NCBI GenBank assembly: GCA_965116875.1
Contig: OZ220733.1
Location: forward strand, 3,648,001-3,712,000
Length of the DNA: 64,000 nucleotides
Direction: 5' to 3'
Source of the DNA: Candidatus Latescibacterota bacterium
GTDB taxonomy: Bacteria > Latescibacterota > UBA2968 > GCA-2709665
A program made the translations under genes and the position numbers. The first letter of the stretch is position 1. Each line of letters starts with the position of its first letter. Below are positions 55,393 to 64,000 of the stretch, piece by piece. A model generated the notes under the pieces. The model did not search any database. It was not told the origin of the DNA and was given only the letters and a program-made list of their open reading frames with translations.

Positions 55393-56130
55393 ATGCTGAC
55401 GCAGATCTCTTCTTCCGTATACTGCTGGTCGGAAACCCACGGAGCCGCCAGGAATGAGCCCTATCCGTGGAACAGCTTTGTTATCCGGACAAATCACGGG
55501 GACGACCTGGTCCTTGTCGATCCGCTTCCGCTCTCGGCCGAAGAAGAGAGGGAGATCGAAGCCCTGGGCGACCCCGCGCATATACTTCTGACCTGCGAGT
55601 ACCACCTGCGCGAGTCGGTAGCATTCAGGAAACGATGGGGTTGTGACATTCGCATTCACGCGGCCGGATCGGAATATTCCGAAGCGATGATCGACAAGAC
55701 GTTTCGGGACGGAGACCTGCTGTCGGACCGGATTGAAGTCATCCACATTCCGGATGCCTACCATATCGATGAGGTCGCGTTTCTGGTGCGGGGAGACGGG
55801 AATACGATGATCGTGGGAGATGCGGTCTGCGGAGGCCGTAAGGATCGAGGCATACCGGACGGTGAAATCTGGATCAACGCACCCGAATACGTCGTTGCCG
55901 ATCTGTCATGCGCTCGAGATTCGCTGCGCAAGCTCACTGTTCATTCATTCGAAAGGATGGCTTTCGGACACGGATCGCCGATCCTGCGCGCCGCCGGCGA
56001 CCGGTTCACGGCATTCCTGGAAGATGATGAGGCCTGGGCCACACTGGAATCCGAGAAGGCCGAAAGAACGAACCCCGCCTCCCTGGAATTCATTCGTGAG
56101 ATGCAAGCGAGGAAAACGCGTGGCAGGTAG
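55393..56130 (+). CDS. MBL-fold protein with degenerate metal motif
   Basis: VLVDP, ILLTCEYHLR, IVGDA, FGHG. Confidence 0.7.
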   Translation: MLTQISSSVYCWSETHGAARNEPYPWNSFVIRTNHGDDLVLVDPLPLSAEEEREIEALGDPAHILLTCEYHLRESVAFRKRWGCDIRIHAAGSEYSEAMIDKTFRDGDLLSDRIEVIHIPDAYHIDEVAFLVRGDGNTMIVGDAVCGGRKDRGIPDGEIWINAPEYVVADLSCARDSLRKLTVHSFERMAFGHGSPILRAAGDRFTAFLEDDEAWATLESEKAERTNPASLEFIREMQARKTRGR

Positions 56131-56261
56131 GGCCGTAAGCGGGTAGGGGAGAGAAGTCCCCTGAATGCGGTGAGACGCATGACGTAGAGGTTAGAGATGA
56201 CCCGCCTCATTTCGTTTCAATTTATGCCGGAGGTATAGAGGAGGAACAGATCGGCAAAGAT

Positions 56262-56336
56262 CTCTTCTCCCGTCTACCCTCTCCCGTCTCCCCGTCTTTA
56301 GGCTTTTTATCCTGCCCATCCTGTCCATCCATGTAA
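56262..56336. repeat. CTCCCGT-type short repeats plus an ATCCTG-type copy
   Basis: TCTCCCGTCTACCCTCTCCCGTCTCCCCGTCT then TTATCCTGCCCATCCTGTCCATCCATGTAA; related units near 47650, 55175 and 55270. Confidence 0.6.
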
Positions 56337-56382
56337 GTTATGTACGTAGAGATGTATTGAGGGACATAAAGGAGGTTTCATC

Positions 56383-56778
56383 ATGCCGCATGACAGCAAC
56401 TTGAGCCTTTCGGTGATCGGACAGATTTCCGTAACCGTCCAGGACCTCGACCGGGCCGTGGCTTTTTACCGTGACAAGCTTGGAATGCAGTTCCTGTTTC
56501 GCGTGCCGGGAATGGCTTTCTTCAATTGTTCGGGCGTACGGCTTCTGCTGGGGCTATCGGAAGATGGATCGGCGGACGTGCATGCCTCGGTCCTCTATTA
56601 CAAGGTGGAAGATCTCGAAGGCACGTGCGAGGAACTGCGTTCGCGCGGCGTCGAATTCGAAATTGGGCCTCACAAGATCGCCGATATGCCCGATCACGAA
56701 CTGTGGATGGCGTTCTTCAGGGACTCCGAGACGAATCTGATGGCGCTCATGGCCGAGAAGCCGAGAGGTAAGCAATAG
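56383..56778 (+). CDS. VOC family (glyoxalase/bleomycin resistance) protein
   Basis: QISVTVQDLDRAVAFYRDKLG, MAFFRDSETN; AAGGAGG RBS. Confidence 0.92.
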   Translation: MPHDSNLSLSVIGQISVTVQDLDRAVAFYRDKLGMQFLFRVPGMAFFNCSGVRLLLGLSEDGSADVHASVLYYKVEDLEGTCEELRSRGVEFEIGPHKIADMPDHELWMAFFRDSETNLMALMAEKPRGKQ

Positions 56779-56805
56779 GCGCCGCACGCCGGATGGAGCA
56801 GGCCG

Positions 56806-57258
56806 ATGGAAGAACTCGAAGAACTGTCGTTTTCACTTCGCTGCATCATCGACAGGCCCGTGGCTGAAGTCTTCGCGGCCGTCACGGACGGGTCCGCGAT
56901 CAGTACCTACTTCACGGACGATGCGAGTGCAGGTTTGGAAGCCGGTCGAACGGTCATCTGGCGATTCGGCGACATCGAGGTGGACGTCGCGGTGGAGGAG
57001 GTGATCCGCAACCGGAGAGTCGTCTGCAACTGGCCCGCTTCCAACGACGTCGGCTACAGGACCCGCTTCACGTTCGAATTCGAAGCACTGAAAGGCGGCA
57101 CGGGGATTTCGGTGAGTGAATCCGGATGGCGGCCGGATCGGGAGGGGATCGACAGCGCGTTCGATCAGTGCTCCGGCTGGACGCACTTCTTCGCGAGTCT
57201 CAAGGCGAGGCTTGAATACGACGTGGACATGAAGCGCTTCTACGACGACGAGGCTTGA
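56806..57258 (+). CDS. SRPBCC (AHSA1-like) domain protein
   Basis: IDRPVAEVFAA, ESGW, GWTHFFASLKARLE. Confidence 0.88.
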   Translation: MEELEELSFSLRCIIDRPVAEVFAAVTDGSAISTYFTDDASAGLEAGRTVIWRFGDIEVDVAVEEVIRNRRVVCNWPASNDVGYRTRFTFEFEALKGGTGISVSESGWRPDREGIDSAFDQCSGWTHFFASLKARLEYDVDMKRFYDDEA

Positions 57259-57517
57259 TCGACCGCCATCAATCCAGCAAAATCCGCCAACGGATCCATA
57301 GACGCTGGCGAACAACGCGCGCCGTGCCGGGCGGACCGGTTTACGGCGCGTTTCGTTTGCACCGTACATGGAAACGCGGACTGCGGATTCCCTTTCCGCG
57401 GGCTGCGGAGGCGTGGATTTGTCGAACGATCAGGACAATACACGTCGCCGTCGTCAGTGTGACGGGCGTCATTCCCATCCACTGGAAGAGGTTTCTTGTG
57501 CGTTTATTGAACGGCGG

Positions 57518-58018
57518 TTAAGCGTTATCTTCATCCTGCCCGGGAGGGGGATCCGCCGGGCCTGAGGCTCTCCGCAGACCGCGCCAGATCGAATAGATCA
57601 GCATCGGAATGCCGACCAGGATCAGGAATGGAACCAGCGCGTAGATGACCACCAAGTGGGGTCCCAGCAAGCCCCCAGCGAGACTGAACAGGACCGCGAG
57701 CGGCGTTGCGATCGCCAATCCGACCAGGATCCAGACCCGGGGGGTGCCGCTGACGCCCCTCAACAGCCGCTGCGCGAGCAATCCGATCAACGCGCCGGCG
57801 ATAAAGAACAGAACCAGGCCGGACAGGATGCTCGGAAGCGCATAGAGCAAGCCGAACGGGTGGGGGTGATGCATCGTACCGAAACGAATCCCGGCCACCA
57901 GCACCTGAAGAATGCACAGCCCCAGGCCGAACCACACCGGCAGTTTCCAATAATCCCATGAGCGGCGATTTGGCGCTTCCGGTTGACCGGTAGCGGAAGC
58001 TTCATCGGTGGGTTCCAT
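57518..58018 (-). CDS. Hypothetical membrane protein (4 TM)
   Basis: Four hydrophobic segments; GGGGAG RBS. Confidence 0.7.
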   Translation of the reverse strand: MEPTDEASATGQPEAPNRRSWDYWKLPVWFGLGLCILQVLVAGIRFGTMHHPHPFGLLYALPSILSGLVLFFIAGALIGLLAQRLLRGVSGTPRVWILVGLAIATPLAVLFSLAGGLLGPHLVVIYALVPFLILVGIPMLIYSIWRGLRRASGPADPPPGQDEDNA

Positions 58019-58151
58019 TGTGATCTCCCCTCTACCTGCTATCTATGCTAATACAGAAAGTCAAAATACGTGCAGTGATCGGATTCGCTCTCAAATGCGT
58101 AGTGCCATTTTTGCTTTTGTTAACGGGTGCAGTAAATAGCTGACATCAATT

Positions 58152-58322
58152 GTGCATGCTACGGTGGACAGGAACTTGCCCAAATGGGGCGCTGAGGATG
58201 CTTGCATTGAGCTTGTCGAAATGTCGAAGCGCCCGCGTTTCTGCACGCTTTTTCCTTCGCCGACCCTTCGACAAGCTCAGGGAGCGGCTCAGGTTGGCCG
58301 GTCAATGTGGTGGCAAAAAGGT
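58152..58322. repeat. ~170-bp palindromic element, copy 2 (inverted)
   Basis: CCCTTCGACAAGCTCAGGGAGCGGCTC and TGAGCTTGTCGAAATGTCGAA match 26640-26812. Confidence 0.75.
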
Positions 58323-58674
58323 GAACTATCTGGTGCTCCTCAGAATGATAATTCACAAAACCGTTTCGTTCCATCAACGCCTTCATTAGCGGACGGTTGC
58401 GATTTTCTGTTCCATAATCCGGGAATCCGTTGCAATTCGTGAACCTTTGACCGCATAAATGCGCCTTGCAGGGTAGAGGAAAGGCGATCTCGTTGACATT
58501 GTGTGACAGGCCACAGGTACAATTTTCGCAACGTTTGAAGTGAATTCACTGCTGTCCAAGAACCGTTGGATTCTCAGAGAAGAGGATCGAAGAGTGGCTT
58601 CAATTCGCGGTCTTGTACGGGTTTGATTCGGATAGTGGAAACCAGGTTGCCATCGGTCGATGTTTGTTGTAACG

Positions 58675-58895
58675 CATGTCATTCTGAGCGCGCTGGCCTC
58701 CTCAGGATGACATGTTTTGCGAAGGTGTGGGCTCAGTGTTTTGCCAATCGTTATCGCAAGACATATCAATCACAGCGCAGCGAAGAATCTCCCGTATTCT
58801 CGATTGTACGTGTCGCATTTGGTCTTTGTGGATGAACTTGTGCGCGGACACGTAAACTGCCTTTTGCCCTCCTCAGGATGACAGTCTTCGCAAAA
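58675..58895. repeat. GTCATTCTGAG/CTCAGGATGAC palindromic repeats
   Basis: Hairpin CATGTCATTCTGAG...CTCAGGATGACATG at 58675-58714, AGCGCAGCGAAGAATCT near 58774, second CCTCCTCAGGATGACA near 58869. Confidence 0.65.
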
Positions 58896-59035
58896 GCAGG
58901 ACCGACTCGTTCCGCCAATGGCTGTGGACGATCTTCCAGCCATTTCATTCGCATATTTTCGCCGTATATCTAATCCGTTTTTGGACAGGTGTGAAGTGAT
59001 TTGAAGTTTCTCAAGGTCATCCGGGAGAGAAAGCC

Positions 59036-59857
59036 ATGATACTCGAAGACGAAGCGTTAACAAAACATCCGTTTCTGCCGACAAGGCCCGACGTCACCAT
59101 ACTCGAAAGTTCTGAAAAGATAGACGAGATCGATTGCCGGGAGTTGCAGTGGTGGCTCGCCATTCCGGAACTGGGCGAACACTGCCTTTGGGCAGCCTAT
59201 GAGTCCGACACGCTGGCGTTAACCGCGGTCGTCGAGATTGTGTCCACTGTTCCTGCGACGATCCGGAACATCGACTGCGTCGAACTCCGATTGAGAGAAT
59301 GGTTGGCTCGGGACGATTGGCCGGCGGACTTTAACCCCGGGCTCATGTACGCACTGCTGGACGAACGGCAGGCGAGGTGGCTTTCCGTCGTCAAGACTCG
59401 ACATGGAAGACGCGTTTTTGAAACCGTGGGGGATAAATGGTTTGAGGAGAACTGGGGGGGAAAGATGAGCCGCCGAATCGTTGATGACGGTCGCTACCGG
59501 CGCCAACCCGATGGCTCGTATAAAACTGGCAACGGTACAGGGATCGGCGCAGGCACCTACGACGTCACGATCGGAAGCAATACGTTCTGCTGTCTCCGTG
59601 TTCTGGACGCCGACCTTTCTACGCCGAACGGCGGCGAACTTGTGGAAGCATTCATTGAACGCGAAGGGCGGACCGTATTCTTTAGACGGTACGACGGGAG
59701 GTTTTTCCGCGACGGGGACCTGATCGCCAGGTATCCGGATAATCGCCGAATCGTCATCAACGACATAGTGTATGTGCATCATGACTGCACCGGGCGAGCT
59801 CACGACACGATCACGCAATTTGCTTTACAACCTGTTCGCTCGCAGGTATGCCAGTGA
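59036..59857 (+). CDS. Hypothetical protein, stand-alone paralogue of the adjacent ECF C-terminal domain
   Basis: GGGAGAG RBS; colinear similarity with the C-terminal part of the next ORF. Confidence 0.8.
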   Translation: MILEDEALTKHPFLPTRPDVTILESSEKIDEIDCRELQWWLAIPELGEHCLWAAYESDTLALTAVVEIVSTVPATIRNIDCVELRLREWLARDDWPADFNPGLMYALLDERQARWLSVVKTRHGRRVFETVGDKWFEENWGGKMSRRIVDDGRYRRQPDGSYKTGNGTGIGAGTYDVTIGSNTFCCLRVLDADLSTPNGGELVEAFIEREGRTVFFRRYDGRFFRDGDLIARYPDNRRIVINDIVYVHHDCTGRAHDTITQFALQPVRSQVCQ

Positions 59858-59898
59858 CTTCGGTTGAAATGCATCGCACATATTGCAACGGTTTCCGA

Positions 59899-61299
59899 AT
59901 GACAGATATACACGACCAACAATTGGCCAGGCAGATCCTGAAGGGTAACGAGGCCGCCTTCGTTATACTGGTCCGACGCTACGAGCGCGTGATTGCTGCG
60001 TTGATCCGTTCCCGGATCGGTTCCGGCGAACAGGTGCAGGACGTGATGCAGGAAACCATGGTCCACGCCTGGCGCGGCCTGCGCAGGGAGACGCCCCGCA
60101 ACGTGCGTCCGTGGCTGCTGCAGGTGGCACGCAACCGCTGCCAAGATTACTTCAGATCGCCCCAGCGCCGCGAACTGTACGTCGGGACCGAAGTCCTGAC
60201 ACCGCTGGTCAACCGCAGCGGGCTCGCGCAGTCACGGGAGCGGGAGGCCGCCACGGCGATCCTGGAAGCCATGGACGAAGTGCCCGATCGCGAGCGCGCC
60301 GCCCTGAAGGCGTTTTATCTGGACGGTCTGAGCATCGCCGAAATCGCCGCTCGTTACCGCAGTCCCCACGGCACGGTCAAACGCCGTCTTTCGCACGGCC
60401 GCGACCGTATCCGAATGGCATTGGGAATCACCCCAACGAAGAGGAAGATCGTCATGAACGCAAGACAACAAGACTTTCCGCGACTTCGACCCGAGATTCG
60501 GATTTACCCCAGCGCGGAGAAACCCTTCCGTATCGATTTCAAGGAAATGGCCTGGTGGTTTGTAAAGCCGGAAGTCGGCGATCGGGTCGGCCGTGGTTAT
60601 TACGACGGGGAAAAGGACGGCTGCGCGCCCTGGCGTCTGACCGAAACGGTCTGGCTGACCGCCCGCCGGCCGGCGGTGATCCACGGACGAACCTGTGTCG
60701 AAGTGGATGTCGAGGAGGTGGAGGTCGAGAAGATGAGGTTCCGGAAGAAGCCACTCGAGGAGAGGAGCCGCATTAAACGGGTATGGGGATGTTTGTCTGA
60801 TGACGAGGTGGAGTGGATCGCCGTGGAATCGCAAGAGGCCGACGGCGTAAGAGAACTGGAGACCTTTCTGGACGACAGATTCCACGACGACTGGTGGGGC
60901 TCAAGGCGCATCGTCGAGGACTGCGGATTCTTGTCCGAACGGGCCGATGGCACCTGGGTCAGAGGGCCGGATGCCCCCGCCTTCACAGGCGCCGGCGTGT
61001 TCGACGTCCACGTCGGGGGGCGTCAGTTCACCTGTCTGCGGGTCTTTGACCTCGATAAAAACGCCACAGAGCGAGAGGTTCTGGTTGAGGCCTATATCAC
61101 TCGCGCGGGACGCACAGTCCTGTTCCGCCGCTACAATGGGAGCCGCTGGGGCAAGAGCGACGCCCCGCCGCACAACTGGGGCGAAGCGATGACGTGGGAA
61201 GAGGAACTGCCCGAAAACGACCGCATCGTCATCGACGGGCTGACTTACGTGCACTTTTACGACATCCTGTCGGCGGCGGCCTGCGGAATCGCCGATTGA
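59899..61299 (+). CDS. ECF sigma factor with long C-terminal extension
   Basis: Sigma2 QDVMQETMVHAW...WLLQVARNRCQDYFR; sigma4 FYLDGLSIAEIA...GTVKRRLSHGR; about 280 further residues. Confidence 0.9.
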   Translation: MTDIHDQQLARQILKGNEAAFVILVRRYERVIAALIRSRIGSGEQVQDVMQETMVHAWRGLRRETPRNVRPWLLQVARNRCQDYFRSPQRRELYVGTEVLTPLVNRSGLAQSREREAATAILEAMDEVPDRERAALKAFYLDGLSIAEIAARYRSPHGTVKRRLSHGRDRIRMALGITPTKRKIVMNARQQDFPRLRPEIRIYPSAEKPFRIDFKEMAWWFVKPEVGDRVGRGYYDGEKDGCAPWRLTETVWLTARRPAVIHGRTCVEVDVEEVEVEKMRFRKKPLEERSRIKRVWGCLSDDEVEWIAVESQEADGVRELETFLDDRFHDDWWGSRRIVEDCGFLSERADGTWVRGPDAPAFTGAGVFDVHVGGRQFTCLRVFDLDKNATEREVLVEAYITRAGRTVLFRRYNGSRWGKSDAPPHNWGEAMTWEEELPENDRIVIDGLTYVHFYDILSAAACGIAD

Positions 61300-61326
61300 C
61301 GGTCGCATTGCACGGACGATGACCGA

Positions 61327-61902
61327 CTATCGCACCCGGCGGTAGCTCATGGTGTGCGCCATCGTCTCCTTGCCGTTCTCGTACATCGTCCAGGTCTGCG
61401 ACATCCCGTCCGCCCCGTCGAATGCGATCGAGACCGAATGCATGTGCGACTCGTCAGGGGAATCGAGAGAGCCATCGACCAGTTCTAACGCAATCACTCC
61501 GTCGGTGGATTCTGCCAGACTCATCTGCGGCTGATTACCCTTCGCGCAGTAGTGGGTCATCCAGAGCTTGCCGCCCCGGTCGTGGTACACGGAGATCATC
61601 TCCTTCGGCGTGTCCGGGAAGTTGCGCTCGACGATGACGCTGCCGTTGGCCGCCATCCGGTACTCCGTTGCAACCGTAATCATCGCGGCCTTCCCGCCTT
61701 CAGACCCCCCGCCACCTGGCATCGGCATTTCGGATTCCCAACGCCCGACCAGCGATTTCAATCGCTCAAACTCCGCCGAGCCCACGTATGCTCCGGCATG
61801 TTTCTCTGCTTTTTCTTCCGGTTTGCCCCCGTCATTCCCCGCGAAAACCGAAAAAGCGAAAACTGCACACAGTACGGGCAGAAAAATCGACGTTCTTTTC
61901 AT
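61327..61902 (-). CDS. Hypothetical exported protein
   Basis: Signal peptide; FERLKSLVGRW, MTHYCAKGNQP, HMH; AAAGGAG RBS. Confidence 0.75.
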   Translation of the reverse strand: MKRTSIFLPVLCAVFAFSVFAGNDGGKPEEKAEKHAGAYVGSAEFERLKSLVGRWESEMPMPGGGGSEGGKAAMITVATEYRMAANGSVIVERNFPDTPKEMISVYHDRGGKLWMTHYCAKGNQPQMSLAESTDGVIALELVDGSLDSPDESHMHSVSIAFDGADGMSQTWTMYENGKETMAHTMSYRRVR

Positions 61903-62086
61903 GCGGACGGCTCCTTTCCATTGTCGGTCCCGAATCCTCCCTTGAAGATCCGTAGTTGATTCAACATAACTCCTGCATCTTACGAAAATGCAAATATTCC
62001 ATTTGCCTCTGAAGCTGCTGATTTGTCAACGGGCAATCTCGGCCGCAAATTTACCTGCTCCCGATGTCGTGCGCAATACGCAATAA

Positions 62087-62847
62087 CATCCACAAGAAAA
62101 CGCATCAGGCGAAAACAGACTCACCGAGGGATTCAAAGAGCTAATTTACCTGGAAGCCCATCCCCATCCTGTCTTTGACGCCGATACAATAGATGTCCGT
62201 GTTGGTTTTTGGCCACTCTCTGAATTCGATTCGGTATTAGCCGAACAAGTCGATTCAGCATTGTCGAGACAGGCATCGATCAGCGATCCCGCGCAGCAGA
62301 TTTATTCGCTAAGACTTGACGTATTTCGTCCTCCGCCCTCGGATCGCCTGGTTTTCTCGAGCCAAATACCCTTTCAAAGTTCGCCGATGAGGTTTACCAT
62401 TCCAACCGCTGGATTTGAGGGTGTCTATATCGCACGGCCCCGCGTTATCGACCCTTCCGGAAAGGTACACCATATCTGGTACTCGACGGAGGTGGAGGGC
62501 GAGAAGCCGTACGCTCCAACTATTTATCTGGGAATTCATCCTGGCCGCGACTATATGTTTGGGATCTACACTATTACGAAAATCGCATATACGTCGGTGG
62601 TGGCGATTGGGACAAGAATCAGGGGCCAGTTGACATCTGGTCATTTTCGTCAGATCAAAATGGTTCAGCGCATCGACTCCAAAAGGAAATAACGGTTGAT
62701 GACGAGTCAGTGGATCGTTTCCGGACGTGCGCCGGACGGCTGGTAGTGCCGGGAATTGATGCCACGGAATCCTGGAAATATGGCAATATCCACATAAAAG
62801 AGCGTGGGAGATGGTACAAGCAAAGGACTCTGCCTACGTGCCAATGA
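62087..62847 (+). pseudogene. Frameshifted remnant of a beta-rich protein gene
   Basis: Frame is open from 62087 with no convincing start; removing 2 nt at TATAT (62552-62556) gives PGRDYVWDLHYYENRIYVGGGDWDKNQGP...; stop at 62845-62847. Confidence 0.5.
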
Positions 62848-62885
62848 TTAAAGAGACAATACGCCTTTAATATTCGGAGAGCACA

Positions 62886-63063
62886 ATGTCTGATCATCGA
62901 ATGAATTTCCTAATCAGAGAAATGACAAAAGAGTTTCGAAGCGTTTGTGCCAGCGTGGCAATGGTTGTCCGTACTGCCCCAAGTCAAATAGTGCGCCTGG
63001 TTGTCCTAACGCTAGGCCTCGGGTCAGGACCAGCTGCGATCCTGTACATTCAGAAGATAGTAA
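62886..63063 (+). pseudogene. 5' part of a gene (ABC-exporter-like N-terminus) interrupted by IS5
   Basis: GGAGAG RBS; LVVLTLGLGSGPAAILYIQKIV resembles TM1 of ABC exporters; frame runs into the IS end. Confidence 0.5.
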
Positions 63064-64000
63064 GGAATCTCTGATTAAGTTGCCAATTGATTATGTGGGT
63101 ATGAAGTCGTATATAAAGGATAAGGATGTCCGCGTGTTGTGATTTGTGATGGATCAACATAGAACGAGGTGCCCAGCGATGAAACAAATGAGTTTTTCGG
63201 ATCTGTCGTATAGAACGAAGAAGAAGCAGACGCGCAGAGAACGATTTCTGGAAGAGATGGATGCGGTGTTGCCGTGGGAGATTCTGCTTAAACCCATTGA
63301 GAGGAAGTATCCGAAACCTGGAAACGGTCGTCGTCCGATAGGCGCGGAGGTGATGCTGAGGATCTACTTCATGCAGCAATGGTATGGGTTGAGCGATCCG
63401 GGTATGGAGGACAGTCTGTATGACGTGGAATCGATGCGCCGTTTCGCCGGTGTGGACATCAACGGGGTGCCCGATGAGACGACGATCTGCAAGTTCCGGC
63501 ACTTTCTGGAGGGGCATGGTCTGACCGAAGCCTTGTTTGAGCAGGCGAAGCGGTATCTGTCGGGGCGGGGCATGATCGTCAGTGAAGGCACGATTGTGGA
63601 CGCCACGATCATTCATGCGCCATCGTCGACGAAGAACCGGGAACGCAAGCGGGACCCCGAGATGAAGAGCACGAAGAAGGGCAACACCTGGCATTTCGGC
63701 ATGAAGGCGCACGTGGGCGCCGATGTGAAGGGGCGGGTGCACAGTATGGTCACCACCGCCGCTTCGGTGCATGACTCGCAGGTGATGGACGCGTGCCTGC
63801 ATGGAAAGGAGCAGACGATCTACGGCGACAAGGCCTATGCGGACCAGACGCGAAAGGAACAGGCCGAATCCAATGACATCGAATGGCGGGTGCTTCGCAA
63901 GGCCCGCCGTGGCAAGCGTCTCAACTGCGCGGACCTGTCGTTCAACAAGAAGAGCAATCGCACACGCGCACGGGTCGAACATCCCTTTGGCGTGATCAAG
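63064..64000 (+). mobile_element. IS5 family insertion sequence (right end outside window)
   Basis: Probable left IR GGAATCTCTGATTAA preceded by GTAA; transposase follows. Confidence 0.85.
63179..64000 (+). CDS. IS5 family transposase (partial)
   Basis: MKQMSFSD...TRRERFLEEMDAVLPW, MLRIYFMQQWYGLSD, PDETTI, VDATII, FGMKAHVG, YGDKAY, RARVEHPF. Confidence 0.96.
   Translation, partial: MKQMSFSDLSYRTKKKQTRRERFLEEMDAVLPWEILLKPIERKYPKPGNGRRPIGAEVMLRIYFMQQWYGLSDPGMEDSLYDVESMRRFAGVDINGVPDETTICKFRHFLEGHGLTEALFEQAKRYLSGRGMIVSEGTIVDATIIHAPSSTKNRERKRDPEMKSTKKGNTWHFGMKAHVGADVKGRVHSMVTTAASVHDSQVMDACLHGKEQTIYGDKAYADQTRKEQAESNDIEWRVLRKARRGKRLNCADLSFNKKSNRTRARVEHPFGVIK

Noticed and set aside
49902-58018. Integron-like cassette array
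   Set aside because: Mixed gene orientations, no recognisable attC sites and no integrase.

Overview
GC-rich bacterial chromosomal window with no rRNA, tRNA or CRISPR array seen. The mix of enolase-superfamily, Gfo/Idh/MocA, TIM-barrel isomerase and DUF3604 genes resembles FCB/PVC-type heterotrophs such as Latescibacterota or Gemmatimonadota, but this is inference only. From 1 to 25 kb: RND efflux pump (partial) and adaptor, ApbC, aminotransferase, GGT, DUF3604, rarA, a stand-alone sigma-region-4 protein, a long minus-strand catabolic/peptidase run and a PolX-PHP. From 25 to 33 kb: an accessory patch with hicBA, a glycoside-hydrolase-like gene, a RelE-type TA pair and a SWIM protein. From 33 to 49 kb: SDR, nth, DksA-like, aldolase, dusB, larB, SSS transporter, DmpA and a GT2/radical SAM-SPASM/GT2 cluster. 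From 49 to 64 kb: a second accessory region with two PIN-type TA pairs, small enzymes, gene remnants, an ECF sigma factor and an IS5 running off the edge. Several families of short intergenic repeats occur, including a 324-bp MITE with a CTAA target duplication. Best candidates for new biology: (1) an ECF sigma factor with a ~280-aa unrecognised C-terminal domain, preceded by a free-standing paralogue of that domain; (2) a PPP-containing 17-aa leader ORF plus terminator upstream of the sigma-4 protein; (3) a 42-aa ORF with its own promoter, RBS and terminator. All calls come from reading motifs by eye; no database searches were run, and several start codons were moved from the ORF track.
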